A stretch of 59,905 bases of DNA, the filler included, from Piptocephalis cylindrospora (Eukaryota): NCBI GenBank assembly GCA_003614145.1. It is 4 parts of 4 records of this genome, joined end to end, with 100 filler letters (N's around TTAATTAATTAA, not from the genome) between each part and the next. Parts side by side here need not be neighbours in the genome. Positions count along the whole stretch, not along the records: positions 1 to 14,924 come from KZ987909.1; positions 15,025 to 29,948 come from KZ987910.1; 2 more parts are not named here. One strand, written 5' to 3'. A model generated the notes under the pieces. It was not told the DNA's origin. It saw only the letters and a program-made list of their open reading frames with translations, and did no database searches. Shown one piece after another: positions 12,461 through 25,170 of the stretch. The position numbers and the translations under genes are program-made. Numbering within the stretch: the stretch's first letter is position 1; the number at the start of each line of letters is the position of its first letter.

Positions 12461-13705
12461 ATGTCGGTCAACATTCGCAGGGACGTTCAGGACTCCTTTT
12501 ACCGGTACAAGATGCCTCAGCTCATCTCCAAAGTCGAAGGTAAGGGGAATGGAATTAAAACGGTCATCCCCAACATGACCGACATTGCCAAGGCCCTTGC
12601 TCGTCCTCCCGCCTACCCTACCAAGTTCATAGGAGTGGAGCTGGGTGCTCAGGTCAAGTGCAATGAGGTCGCCGACCGATACATCGTCAACGGGGCTCAT
12701 GATGCTCCCAAGCTTGCCTCCCTCTTGGACACCTTCATCAACCGCTTTGTCCTGTGTGGTAAGTGCAAGAATCCCGAGACTGATCTGCTCATCCGGGATA
12801 ATGCCATTACCCGAGACTGCAAGGCCTGTGGAAAGCGGACCCCCATTGAGAAGCATAAGCTTGTCCCCTTCATCCTTAAGAATCCCCCGCCCGTCTCTTC
12901 TCAGTATGGCAAGAGGGCCAAGCAGGCCATGTCCAAGCAGGGTGCTGGATCTCTGGACATTGATGGCTCCGGAGCCGGAGACGATCAGGATGGGTCCGGT
13001 GGCTCGGATGATGAGCTGACCCGGCGTATCACCGCCGAGGCCGCTGCCCTCCCCTCCAGTGGGGCGGGTAATGGCAATGACAATGATGGGGACGACACGG
13101 ATGATGACTGGGCTGAGGACACCAGTCCCGAGGCTCAGGCCGAGAGAATGCGCGCTATCGAGCGTGAACTCAACACCAATCTTGTCCTTGGTGAGGATGA
13201 GGAGGACGGGGCTGGGAATGGAAAGTACGAAACCTTTGGTCTTTGGCTCGAGGCTCATCCCTCCACCTCGGATGCTGAGATTGTCGAGGAGGCCAAGTCC
13301 CTCGGGGTCCTTGGGAAGCACCGCACTGTTCAGGTCCTTGTCCAGTGCGTCCTCACTGACGAGAAGGCCCTTTCCGCCCAAGTCACCAAACGCGTCCCGC
13401 TCCTACGTCAGTTCGTCAAGACTGAGAAGGATCAGAAGAGTCTCCTCGGGGGCCTAGAGCGCCTCTTTGGCCTCACCTTTCCCTCTCTCCTCCCCAAACT
13501 GCCCATTGTCCTCAAGGTACTCTTTGATGCTGATCTCATCGATGAGGAAGTCCTGCTCAAGTGGGGCGAAAAGGCCTCAAAGAAGTATGTAGACAAGTCC
13601 ATCAGTAAGAAGGTCAAGACTGCCGCCATTCCCTTCCTCAACTGGCTCGAGGAAGCTGAAGAGGAATCTGATGATGATGAGGACGAGGAATCCGATGACG
13701 AGTAG
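12461..13705 (+). CDS. TIF5: Eukaryotic translation initiation factor 5
   Basis: MSVNIRRDVQDSFYRYKMP, KVEGKGNGIKT, zinc ribbon CGKC...CKAC, and W2 domain ending PFLNWLEEAEEESDDDE. Intronless. Confidence 0.97.
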   Translation: MSVNIRRDVQDSFYRYKMPQLISKVEGKGNGIKTVIPNMTDIAKALARPPAYPTKFIGVELGAQVKCNEVADRYIVNGAHDAPKLASLLDTFINRFVLCGKCKNPETDLLIRDNAITRDCKACGKRTPIEKHKLVPFILKNPPPVSSQYGKRAKQAMSKQGAGSLDIDGSGAGDDQDGSGGSDDELTRRITAEAAALPSSGAGNGNDNDGDDTDDDWAEDTSPEAQAERMRAIERELNTNLVLGEDEEDGAGNGKYETFGLWLEAHPSTSDAEIVEEAKSLGVLGKHRTVQVLVQCVLTDEKALSAQVTKRVPLLRQFVKTEKDQKSLLGGLERLFGLTFPSLLPKLPIVLKVLFDADLIDEEVLLKWGEKASKKYVDKSISKKVKTAAIPFLNWLEEAEEESDDDEDEESDDE

Positions 13706-14263
13706 AGGGAGAACTTTGGTGGAGAAGTTTCTCTGGATTAGGCCAAAGGAAGGAAATGAGCATGGGCACATGTGACGCGTATAGTGCTGCCCCCTTCCTC
13801 TTGTCTATCTTTCTTGGCCTCTTTTACTGTTCATGGAGGTGATTTCTCCATACATTACCATTCACTATGGGCCTTGCATACACTCGATTCTTCCGTGCTG
13901 CTGCCAAAGTAATGTAATGTAGTTATGCTCCCAGGATTGTGAGAAGATATGTATCTGGGAAGTAGGGCGTATATTGTCAGGATTATGCGCGTGATCGTGT
14001 ATTTTAATTATTAATGCATATACGAGAAGGGGGTCAGGGATCATCTGTAGGCTTGCAGGATGGATGGTGATGGTAAGGGAGCACATGTGCCATGAGCAGC
14101 AGTATGATAGACCCGACAAAGTCAGTGTCACATACCAATTGGCGCTAGGAACACTACTTGACTGGTGTGTCATGATGGAGTGAGGATTGACTGATCCCAC
14201 ACATCTCTTCCTTCTAGTCTTTAGTATTTGTCATCCCATCCCCACTCGTTCCAACAACTAGCA

Positions 14264-14924
14264 ATGACACGAAGCACCCCACAGGGTATAGAGGCAGTAC
14301 AGGTCCTTTTGAGGGAAAAGGATGTGCTGGAACAGCGACTCCGCGATCTTGACAAGGACCTTCTCGAGGTAGGTCTTCCCTCCTGGTGGGAGCGAAGAAG
14401 CAAGGTAGCGCTCATCCCCTGCCGACCTCCTTGCAGTGTGGAAGCGATATGGATTCTCCCTTGGTGGACCCGGAGGGCTTTCCTAGAGCTGATGTGGACG
14501 TTATCCAGGTTCGACAGCTTCGCGTCTCCATGATTGGTAAGTTGAAGAGAGGTACAATAGAGCGCAGAAACAAGTCCAACCTTGCCATCCTGCATGCTCA
14601 TTCTCCCTCCCTTACATGACCAGAGACGAGGAATGATTTGCGCTTGCTGATGAGAAGGATTGAGCAAGGTTTGCATGACCTACACTCAACATCCGTACCC
14701 ATGTCGACGGCTACGGCCGCACCACCCTCTGGACCAATGCCCCAGTCTGTCACCTCTCTTTCCCCCGACGCCTCGTCTGAAGCGAATGAACCCGCTTCAT
14801 CTCATGAGCGTCGTGCATTTGCCCGGGTCGCCTCCCTCTCCCCTGATTCTCCAGCATGGGAGGCAGGCTTGAAGAAGGAAGATACCATTTTGCAATTTGG
14901 CCATGTTCATTCGGAAAACCATCG
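14264..14924 (+). CDS. NAS2: 26S proteasome base assembly chaperone p27 (Nas2/PSMD9), 3'-truncated by contig end
   Basis: Exons 14264-14368, 14437-14536 and 14624->14924. Motifs MDSPLVDPEGFPRADVDVIQVR and PDZ AFARVASLSPDSPAWEAGLKKEDTILQFG. Confidence 0.9.
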
Positions 14925-15024
14925 NNNNNNNNNNNNNNNNNNNNNNNNNNNNNNNNNNNNNNNNNNNNTTAATTAATTAANNNNNNNNNNNNNNNNNNNN
15001 NNNNNNNNNNNNNNNNNNNNNNNN
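14925..15024. other. Artificial contig-join linker
   Basis: 44 N + TTAATTAATTAA (stops in all six frames) + 44 N. Confidence 0.98.
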
Positions 15025-15057
15025 CCCCCCCCCCCTCGACTGCCCCTTGGGTGTGAG

Positions 15058-15089
15058 TTTCCCCATAAGACAATAAATTACTCAACAAC
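15058..15089. repeat. 32-bp dispersed repeat (other copy at 6928-6959)
   Basis: 29/32 identity. Lies beside the C-run at the contig start. Confidence 0.7.
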
Positions 15090-15572
15090 TGCTCTAAATT
15101 TTAGTATATTACATGTGTATTTGAGGGAGAGGGATCATGCTCGACTCCGCCTTTCTCTTTCACACACTATAATAAGGCACTAGATCTCTAAAGCGTCCTG
15201 TCGGTGCGCCAGAAGCTTTAGCGGAGAACACACAGACTACCGACTCCACCAAGAGGAAGGCGGATACTCACACATCCCTGCCTCATTGCCCAAACCATGA
15301 CTGGCACACACCGGTCTTAGAGAAGATGGGGGCGTGCTGCTGTTAGCCTTCAGGGGACTTGGTTTTATTCAGGTATGTGCTTGTTCATGTGCATCGTGAC
15401 GGGACCTTTTCCGTCCATTCTACCACTCTTCCCTCCTCCCCCGCCCAGCCTTTCTTTGTTCTGCACCTCTTTGTCCAGGCGGCATCGTGGTTTCTCTCCT
15501 CCCTCACCTCCTTAAAGCCTCTGCGCCCCCCTGCCCAGCCCACACACCAGTCTCCTGGTCTTTACCCACGGG

Positions 15573-17407
15573 ATGGAGGATAGTGCGATCAACAAGGTAC
15601 TGCAAGGAGGGATGAGGCAGGCCAGGGATATCCTTCTTATACAATCCTACCCCCTAGGCACACTCCTTTGTGGCCCTTGCGGAAGAGTTGGAAGAAAAAA
15701 GTGCTTGGATCCGGGCAGCCGAAGCCCATTCCCTGGCTGCTGGTACGTATGGAATTCATTTTCGGGGACCATTTATCCGTTGACCTCTTTCTCCTTCCCC
15801 CCATCTCTCTTTCATATTGATCGAATTCTAGCTCAATTCCAGGCTGCAACCAGAGATACGCAGGTAGAGGACATTCAAAGGACTTTGTGTATGATGAGGG
15901 ATGATCATACTCGAAGGGCAAGGCAACTTCGACAATCGCATCCAAGTAGTCCCACCACCTCCCGAGCCATCCCACCGTTCGTCCCAACTTCCCCCATGAT
16001 CTTGGCGCCTCGTCCTCATCGACGACCGCTTGAGTCTCAGGGTAGGGAGTGTGAGGAGGTGGGACTCGATGACTTTCCATTTCACTTACCCCTATGCCCT
16101 ACGTGATACTTTCAGGTAAAGGGGCTTTCCCTGGACTTCCATCTGCCTTTCGTGGATCCGGAAAGCTGGGCTTGCCCATACCGGCACGGCCAACATCCAA
16201 CCCGTCTCCTAGACCCCCGCCATGGAGGAGGCCAACCACTGGAATCCATCCTCCCTCGTCCAAGCGATCTCCCCTTGGACATGCGCGTATCCTGGAAGAG
16301 GATGGGCTATTTCGATCCTCCTCTGCTCTACTGGGTCAGTTGAGCCGGAGGAGAAGGGGTTTTTATGTGAGAATAGCGCCCTGAACTGATGCACGTCCCC
16401 TATTCATGAAGATACAGGTGAAGAAAGGTCGACCCTTTCCATCCCCATGGATCGTCCTGTCCTTAGTGAGGTAGGAGATGGGAGAGTATAGATGGCTGGT
16501 CATGTCTTTATAACTCAATCCTCCCAACCACTCGCAATGTACAGGAAACCCCAAGGCCAGGGAGTGCCCCAAGAGAAAAAAGCTCATTTATTCTTGGTAG
16601 ATCATCTCGGGATTCAAAAGGAATAGAGGAGGAGTCGATAGAGGAGTTTTGGTTAGCGGTACAGTCCCTCATTGACACTCTACCCTACCACCGTGATCCC
16701 GAACCAATCCTTCAGGGCGATGAATATGTCTTTGAGCACCCTGGCCTTTCAGACAATGACGATGAGAGGATGCATCCTGCCGAGGAGGAAGAGGGTGAGC
16801 GTGAGGTGGAGGAGGATACTATCCTCTCTTCTCCGAGGCCCTGTAGATCGCCTTCACCCTCCGAGTCTTTCTTTCTCGTCAAGGAGGACTATACCGACTT
16901 GGGCTACCCCTCCAAGACTTCCTCTCCGGGCTTACACGAAGGGGGGGGGGGGGGCTATGGAGACCGTCTTATCCAAAGGGTAAGAGTGTACTTTTTGTTA
17001 TCCGAGAGATCATCCTCATGGCTCATCCTTTTTGGGAATGTATTAGACAAGGGAAAGACCAAGAGAAGCAGCTTGCAATGTACCGCATGGAAAATGCGAG
17101 GCTTAGACGACAGGTGAGCCAAATGTCGCGGAAGATTAAGGGGATGGAGCGGGCCATGCAGTCGCAAACAAAGCACATGCATCATAATATGGAGTACCTT
17201 CTTGGTGGTATCCAACGTGAGATGGTGCATCGAAGGCGAGAATGGGGAAGGGATCTTCCACCCTCTTCTCTCTCCCCTACTGAAGAGGAGAGAGGGAGGG
17301 TTCCAGGATGGAATGAGGATCATGAGCGAGATGATCTGACACGACAATTGAGTCAAGCCTCTCTTGGATCCCTTCCCCATCATGGATTGCACGAACAAGA
17401 CGATTGA
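15573..17407 (+). CDS. Multi-exon hypothetical protein, Pro/Ser-rich with C-terminal coiled coil; exon structure uncertain
   Basis: Chain of GT-AG-bounded open segments (e.g. 16115-16333, 16545-~16655, 16716-16979, 17047-17407). C-terminal QEKQLAMYRMENARLRRQVSQMSRKIKGMERAM. No family recognised. Confidence 0.5.
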
Positions 17408-17814
17408 TTCTACCAGCCTTTCATCCAAATACGCGGGGACCAGGGGGGAGAAGAGGATGGAATTGATCATTTGTGTACATGAGTTTACTATACTGTTAGT
17501 CGCGTTTTCGAGGGGTATCAGACGAAGGGGACTCTCAAGGAATATTGGTAGGTGAGAAGTCACCTGTCTATTGTCTTTCATTTTATCAAGCATTATCTTG
17601 GGGGAGAAGCACATTGGGGTGCACATACAGACACAGACACAGCGATCATGCCTAAACGCACATCAATCACCTGCATTATCCTTCTCACCATTCTCATCAA
17701 AACAGCACAAAACCCTTACATAGTGCAGTGGGATGGCTGGACACCGGCTACCTCCCATAAACCGTAGCTTCTCTTTTTCATCCCTCTCGTCATCCTTCCA
17801 CCTCTCTATCCAGC

Positions 17815-18314
17815 ATGGTAAGTGTATCCCGAGGATTCTCTTGATCAGAGCCTTGCTCCCTTATATCCTCTAATGTACCCCTCCCCCCTCTCCTCTTCTT
17901 AGACCACCCATACTCTTTTACTCGTGCAAGTAGCTACTGGTCCCGAGAGCCGATCTTGGTCCGAACATGACTCAGTCACCCACGCTATTCAAGGTAAGGT
18001 GTCTTTGTCCTAAGCCCTTTCTTTCCTCCTCCTCCCGTCTCATCCCCCCCCGCTATCTCCTCTCTTGTTCCTCTTGTGTAGAAATCATCGAAGCCTTCCA
18101 GACCCAGCTAAAGAGGCAAAACCCCCGGGCACGCAACATCTCATATGATCTGGACGACCTCTTTGGCTTCATCGACAGCCACCAAGAGCTGTGCGCACTA
18201 GTGTACGAGCCTACCCAGAAGGCCTACGCACCCAAGGATCGTGCGTGGCTTAAGGAACGGGCCAGCCACTATCTAATGAAGCAGGCCCGTACTTCCGCTG
18301 GGGGAGCCCGCTAA
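17815..18314 (+). CDS. ERH: Enhancer of rudimentary homolog
   Basis: Exons 17815-17817 (ATG only), 17903-17993 and 18082-18314. Product THTLLLVQ...PESRSWSEHDSV...LKRQNPRARNISYDLDDLFGFIDSHQELCALVY...YAPKDRAWLKE aligns along the known ERH pattern. Confidence 0.92.
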
Positions 18315-18704
18315 ATGCACGCGCATCCGTGCTTGTGTGGAGGTGAACATGCTCCTGTTGTTGTTGGAGATGAAACGCTCATTGGACCTGAGCCAATTCC
18401 TTTTTCCAATGGCTTGGGGAAAGGTATAGGATTGAATGGATGACAAAAAAAAGTAAAATAACTGGCCTTTTTCCCAACGTCCAAACCCACCCTGGTAGAT
18501 CTATGCATCTGTATATGAATGAAACACTGATTTAGGTGGCAAAAGACAAATTTTCAAGGAGAAGGACCGACCGATTCATTCCATCCTCCTTCTGCCCTCA
18601 TCACACACATCTACGCAACAGACAGCTCCTGATCCTAGGTAGGTAAGATGACCAGGTCGTCTCCCTCCCCAACCACACATTGTCAGGGCAAGACTCAAAG
18701 CAAT

Positions 18705-19869
<1,165 letters not shown>

Positions 19870-20275
19870 CTAAGCTGGGAGATACGTGTGGCCAAAGAGG
19901 GGTAGGCTGAGGAAAGTGGGTGAATGGCTGACTTTCTCGGTCTTGCTCAATTCTACGGTCCTTCTCCATCCATGCACGAATCAATCGTGTATTGAATAAT
20001 AACACTGCTAGCATTCTTAGACTAACCCACTTCGTACACGATATGTGCCATAAAGGGCTCAAGGTAGATGGGAAGAGATACCTAGTGGATCTACGTACAA
20101 GGATGAGCATCACGACTGGTCCTGAAAATGATCGTGAATTGGTGCCCTTTAAATCCAGCAAGCTGCTATTCAAGATCATGGTCACATGCTGTTGTTTAAA
20201 CGCATCCAGCATTACATGCTGTAGTAATAAGGGTATTTTCCTGCCCTACCACCACCTCATCACATATCTCTGGGC

Positions 20276-20786
20276 TTAGCCGATAAAGTTGACTACGGCA
20301 AACTGAAGTAAAACGTTGCAAAAGACAAACTCGGCAAATGCTCTAGGGAGTTGAGTGGGATGGGTGGTAGACGGGTAAGTCCAAGAATTTCCTCGCTCTT
20401 AATGAATTGAGTCCACACGAATGAAACTTACTTTTCCGGAGTTGTATCTAGTTCCTGGAGGTTCTTGGAATTCATCTGCATCCGGAGACTGACTGTACAC
20501 CGTACCAGTGAAGCCCCGTTGTGTGGTATGTTAGTGGATGATCCCCCATTAAGTCCTGAAAAGGGTACCACTTACCACCAAGGACAAAGGAGCCAACTGT
20601 CGCGCCAAAACCTGCGAGGAACGCGTTGAAGGGAAAGGTACCAAAGATGCAACAATAGACAAACTGCAGGATGCCCGTAAGGAGAAGGAAGAGGAGGTAG
20701 GCATCCACCAGCTTGACCCTTTGGGCCGTTCCCTTGTTATAACTACGGAACACACTGGTGAGGACTGAGGGGTTGGACGAGGCCAT
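20276..20786 (-). CDS. OST2: Oligosaccharyltransferase subunit OST2/DAD1, 112 aa
   Basis: Exons 20786-20576, 20492-20432 and 20342-20276. Motifs KLVDAYL, QFVYCCIFGTFPFNAFLAGF, VSLRMQ and AFAEFVF...VVNFIG*. Confidence 0.95.
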
Positions 20787-21510
20787 GGCGGATGGATTGG
20801 GATGAGGATGAAGGAGCAGGTGAGAGAGAAAGAGGGTAGGGTGAGAAGAGAAGCATTAAGTAGGGTTGGACACTGAGAGAGGGTAAAAGTACGGCAGTGT
20901 GTGTGGGTAGATTTGCGGAGTAGGTTTGGCGGAGCCTCACCAAATTCATCCCCCCGAGGAGGGTGTACCTTGGGCAAGGTGTGTGAGAGGGCACAAAGGA
21001 AGCCAAGGCATCTCTTGGAAGATATGGTTTATCTCGGTCAAGCCATTGAATATACAATTATCACCCAAAAGCAGATAGGAGCTCAAGGTAAATTATACGC
21101 TCACTCGGATCATGATTAGTACATAGAGATCAACGCGAGCTATGAGGATTTATGAAATCGAGTGCAATCCAAATATATCTCCTTGGCTACTTTACCTGAT
21201 TAATCAGCTAGAATATGAATGGCTGATCAAGCCGGTACATTGTTGCCTTCCCCTCGGGGAAAAAGACCCCATTCACTTACAAGGTCAGGAACAGAGACCA
21301 CCGCAGCGCCTAGAAAGGTGCAGTTGCACCATGTGTCGGCTGGATGTAACCAGCTTTCATTACCATCATCATCAAAGGGATGAGTGGTGCCATAGACCAG
21401 CTGACCCGGTGGATCATCCGTCCTTCTACTATCAAGAGGTATCCGCATGTAAAGATTAATAGTGAACGGACACTTTCCGTACCACTTTCTTTGCTCAAGT
21501 GCATATCTAG

Positions 21511-23312
21511 CTAAGGAGATGTCTCTTCCTCTGAAAAGTGGATGTGACTGGACACACTTGGAGTTCCCTGACTCTCGACTCGATGATGAGCCTGCGTCCG
21601 AATCAACTCTAAAGGTGTCGAGGGGACACGCATTCCTTCCGCAGGCCCCTCTAAAGGACGGCGACGCTTCCTTCCCTTTCCTCTTTTCCCTCCTTTATCC
21701 TCCGCTAGACGAAGAGCATATGACTTTTCCTCTTCCTCTGTCATATCAGATGGGATGGCATGAAAGGATGAGGACATTAAAGTACGTAAAAAGAGCTATT
21801 TTAGCATTTTTCCTGCGCTTACCGGTCAAATGGTTCACTTGTATGCATGGGGTATCAACGGCTCGAACCGCCTCACTCCCCATAGTATCCTTTCCATTCG
21901 TCTGGCAAACTGGATGGGCTTTCATGTACTTTAAGGACTCCTCAGCCGCATCCTTGGTCTCATACCGTACATAGCACTTACAGGAGAAACGAGGTCAGAT
22001 TGCAGAGCAATACTAAGCCTTACATTTCACATCTAGTACTGACCTCTCGATCTCCCCGAGTGTAATCCACATAGGCAACCTTGGATGCCTTTCCCAAGAG
22101 TTCCTGCGGATTCCCGTTTATAGTTACATTGGATTAGAGTTGAGCACTCTGCCCTCCTCAGCCCCATCTCATCCCCCAACTCACCAAGAGCACCTGTCGA
22201 GTCGTGTCAGGGTGTAGGTGAGTGACATGAAGTATGCACTGCATCATGTCGTTGATTTCTTCCTCTTCCTCGGCCCTATGTGCTTGCTGTTTGGTATCTC
22301 CACATTCCTCCTCTACTCTAGAACCATCCTCTTGAAGTATGGAGAATGCCCTTTCCTTTTCCATTAACTTTTCCCGACGATACGTTATGTACTGAGCCTT
22401 AAGGCCGTAAAACTCTGTCCTAATGATGGATGATTGTATCATTAGACCCTATTCGCCGATCCAAAAAAAAAGGAACCCCACTATTCAACTTACAATGCCA
22501 TGACCCGCCAACCCCGTCTTCTTTGCGCTTCATCCACAGGAATACGATTATGGCAATCAAGTGTAGATATTACCTTCTGAACATCCTCCACATTCGGAAG
22601 GGAAACCACAGCATACCCTGGATACGGAAAATCTAGGCAAATATTAATATCCTTTGGGCTGGGCAGATATGTTGATCCTAGCTCTCCCCCAAGGCACTTG
22701 AGAATAATATGGCGAAGAGCATCGGCCTTCATGCTTCTTAAAATGCCTTCCTATTAGATGGATGAATGAGGATTTTTTTCCCTTCATCATGGGAGGGATC
22801 AAAACCATATTGATCCACCTACAATGTACACGGATCGCTCGGGGTCAGGTCGACTATCAGTAAAGGCGTTTACCCGTACAATCCCCTCTCCATCTTTGGA
22901 AATCTACTCTTAGTGCAATTAGAGGGGTCAATGCGAGTCATGCTTGTTCTTATATTCTATATCACACTCAATAACCCTACCTTAATGTTCATCTCATTGG
23001 CCTTGCTTGCCACCAGATCCACCACGTCTTTTTTGCCCATGCTCAGGCCAATTCGCTGAATCGATGGATGCTCTAGGATCCACGGGATGGACAATGCTAC
23101 CATTCAGATAAGGGTCACATATGGAAAGAATAAAGTTAGAGTCAGTGATTACCTCAGGGTATCAAGTTCCCTGTAAATTCATTCTGTGACTCACCTCCTC
23201 CAGTGGACGCGTACAGGGCATAGGCCTCCTCGTCTAGAATGAGGTTCTGGTCCGAAAGCAGTCTAGAGACCCCGTGTAGAAATCTATCCAGTTTGGTCTG
23301 AATAGGTAGCAT
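21511..23312 (-). CDS. LARP7/Pof8/p65-family La-related RNA-binding protein (La-like motif + RRM1 + xRRM), ~415 aa
   Basis: Eight phase-consistent exons: 23312-23195, 23096-22981, 22903-22823, 22750-22494, 22419-22185, 22103-22044, 21976-21823, 21737-21511. Motifs SDQNLILD, ISKDGEGIVR, ERSVYIEGI, WRVMALTEFYGLKAQY, VAYVDYTRGDRECYVRY and LTEEEEKSY. Confidence 0.8.
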
Positions 23313-23597
23313 GGTCTGTGGATGAGGGTTGTTGGGTGGATTGAGAAAGTTGAGAGGAAAGCGACCATATCCCTGGCCTGAAAGAGTGTCCCATGTCCAT
23401 GCTGCGCTCATTCATACCTGGGATGGCTAGGTGTGGATGTGCTGTTGTGGCTAACGATAGAGATGCGCCGCCACACGTCTGATCGCCTCTACATAGGACA
23501 ATCAGGGATCAAGGTTTACTTTCATTTCCTTTTGCTTCTCTCCTCCACACACACACACACACACATTGACTCCTTGGACTTGGATAGAACAAGCAAC

Positions 23598-24930
23598 ATG
23601 TCCGATACGGATGCGCCCTCAAATCTAGAAGTACCTTCCTCGATCACCGAGACAGAGGATTTGGTCGCGATGCAGGCTCGACACAAGCGAGAGGTAAAGG
23701 AGCTGACCGGACGAATGACGGCGTTGAAGAAGACAGCGACCAAGGGGGATAAAAAGAAGAAGAAAGAGGTCCTTCAAGAATGTTCTCAGATGGAAACCGC
23801 CATAAAGAATCGTCACCGACAGGAACTGGCTCATCTTGAAATCCGCGATGATCATCCTAAAGTAGAGGAAGAAGAGGAGGTTGCTACCACGGTATGTGCA
23901 GTGAATCATCGGGAGCAAAAACACTCTGGTCGTCATATCCCTAACTTGCTTGTTCACATCTTTGATGCATCAAACTCCTGCAGATCTTAAAGGAGCAGGA
24001 TCGGGAGCTCGAAGCGTCCCCGATCGCGTTGGCCACCGAGGAGGAGCCTCAACGAAAGGGGAAAAAGATCAACCGGGCTCGTCAGAGACTGGAGCGTCGT
24101 GCCGAACAGGTTCGCCAGATGCAAGCAGAGGCCGAGGCAGAGGCCGAGGGCCAAGTTGACATGCGGGCCGTAGAGAATGAAGCCATTGAATCTTTGGCCA
24201 AGGCACGTGCCTGTCGTGTAGTAGATGTAAGTTGGAAGAGGGTATGGGACGAGGTAATGGTGATGTCCTCATACTAGTGCTATCATCTAGATTGTTCCAG
24301 ATGGACATTGTCTCTACAATGCCATTGCGGATCAACTTGATCATGTTTTGGGTTTAAAGGTCGGTTGAGGAGTAAAGGGAGGACATTGAATTTTCTCCGA
24401 GAGGTCTAATACCCTGTCATTCCCTCTCTACCCTCTGGGGGAATGCATAGATGTCGTATCAAGAAATCCGGGGAAAGGTAGCCATGTACATGAGGGAGCA
24501 CAAGGATGATTTTCTCCCTTTCATCACGAGTGAGACGGGGGATCTTCTGGATGATGCAGGCTTTGAGGCCTACTGTGATGCTCTCGCCAACACCGCTGTC
24601 TGGGGTGGAGAACCCGAGGTAGGTGTGCAGGGTGGGATGTATGCAAGATCCCTTAGACTCACATGGCATTCTCGGCAAGATTTTGGCTATTTCCAAGGTC
24701 TACGCCACCCCAGTCCACATTATCCAAATGGGTGCTCCTGCCCTCGTCATGGGAGCCGAGGAGAAGAGGCCAGATGGGAAGAAGGATCCAATGATCATTA
24801 CGTAAGGCCTGGATATTTTATATATATCAAGGGCATCTATACCATTGAACTAATTACCCTTTGTTCCCATAGCTATCACAAACACATGTATGGTCTTGGA
24901 GCACACTATAACTCCCTTCGGCCTCAATAA
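23598..24930 (+). CDS. OTU2: OTU-domain deubiquitinase (OTUD6B/Otu2)
   Basis: Six exons starting 23598-23891, 23984-24226, 24291-24359, 24451-24618. Motifs RHKREVKEL...GDKKKKK, IVPDGHCLYNAIADQL, WGGEPE and YHKHMYGLGAHYNSL. Confidence 0.93.
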
Positions 24931-25170
24931 GGGCAGAGAGATGATGCGTATGCGATGTGGTCGGGGAAATGAGAGGAAACCAACAATAAAAGGGAAGGGC
25001 GGTGACCCGCGAAGTATTGCCGAGCACATAGATATGCCCCTCTCCCACTCAATAGCTATATCAATGAAAATGTAGACGAAAGAAAAGACTATGTTGCGTA
25101 TAAATGATTGGCTGGTTCATCTTTGACACAAATAAGATAAGTAGATCAGGCGAGGGATGGAGCAGAGAGG

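Noticed and set aside
12452..13381. Long antisense or alternative-frame ORFs (also 43044-43781, 52027-52677, 55991-56830, 59048-59512)
   Set aside because: These are shadow ORFs caused by codon bias of the real genes and carry no recognisable motifs.
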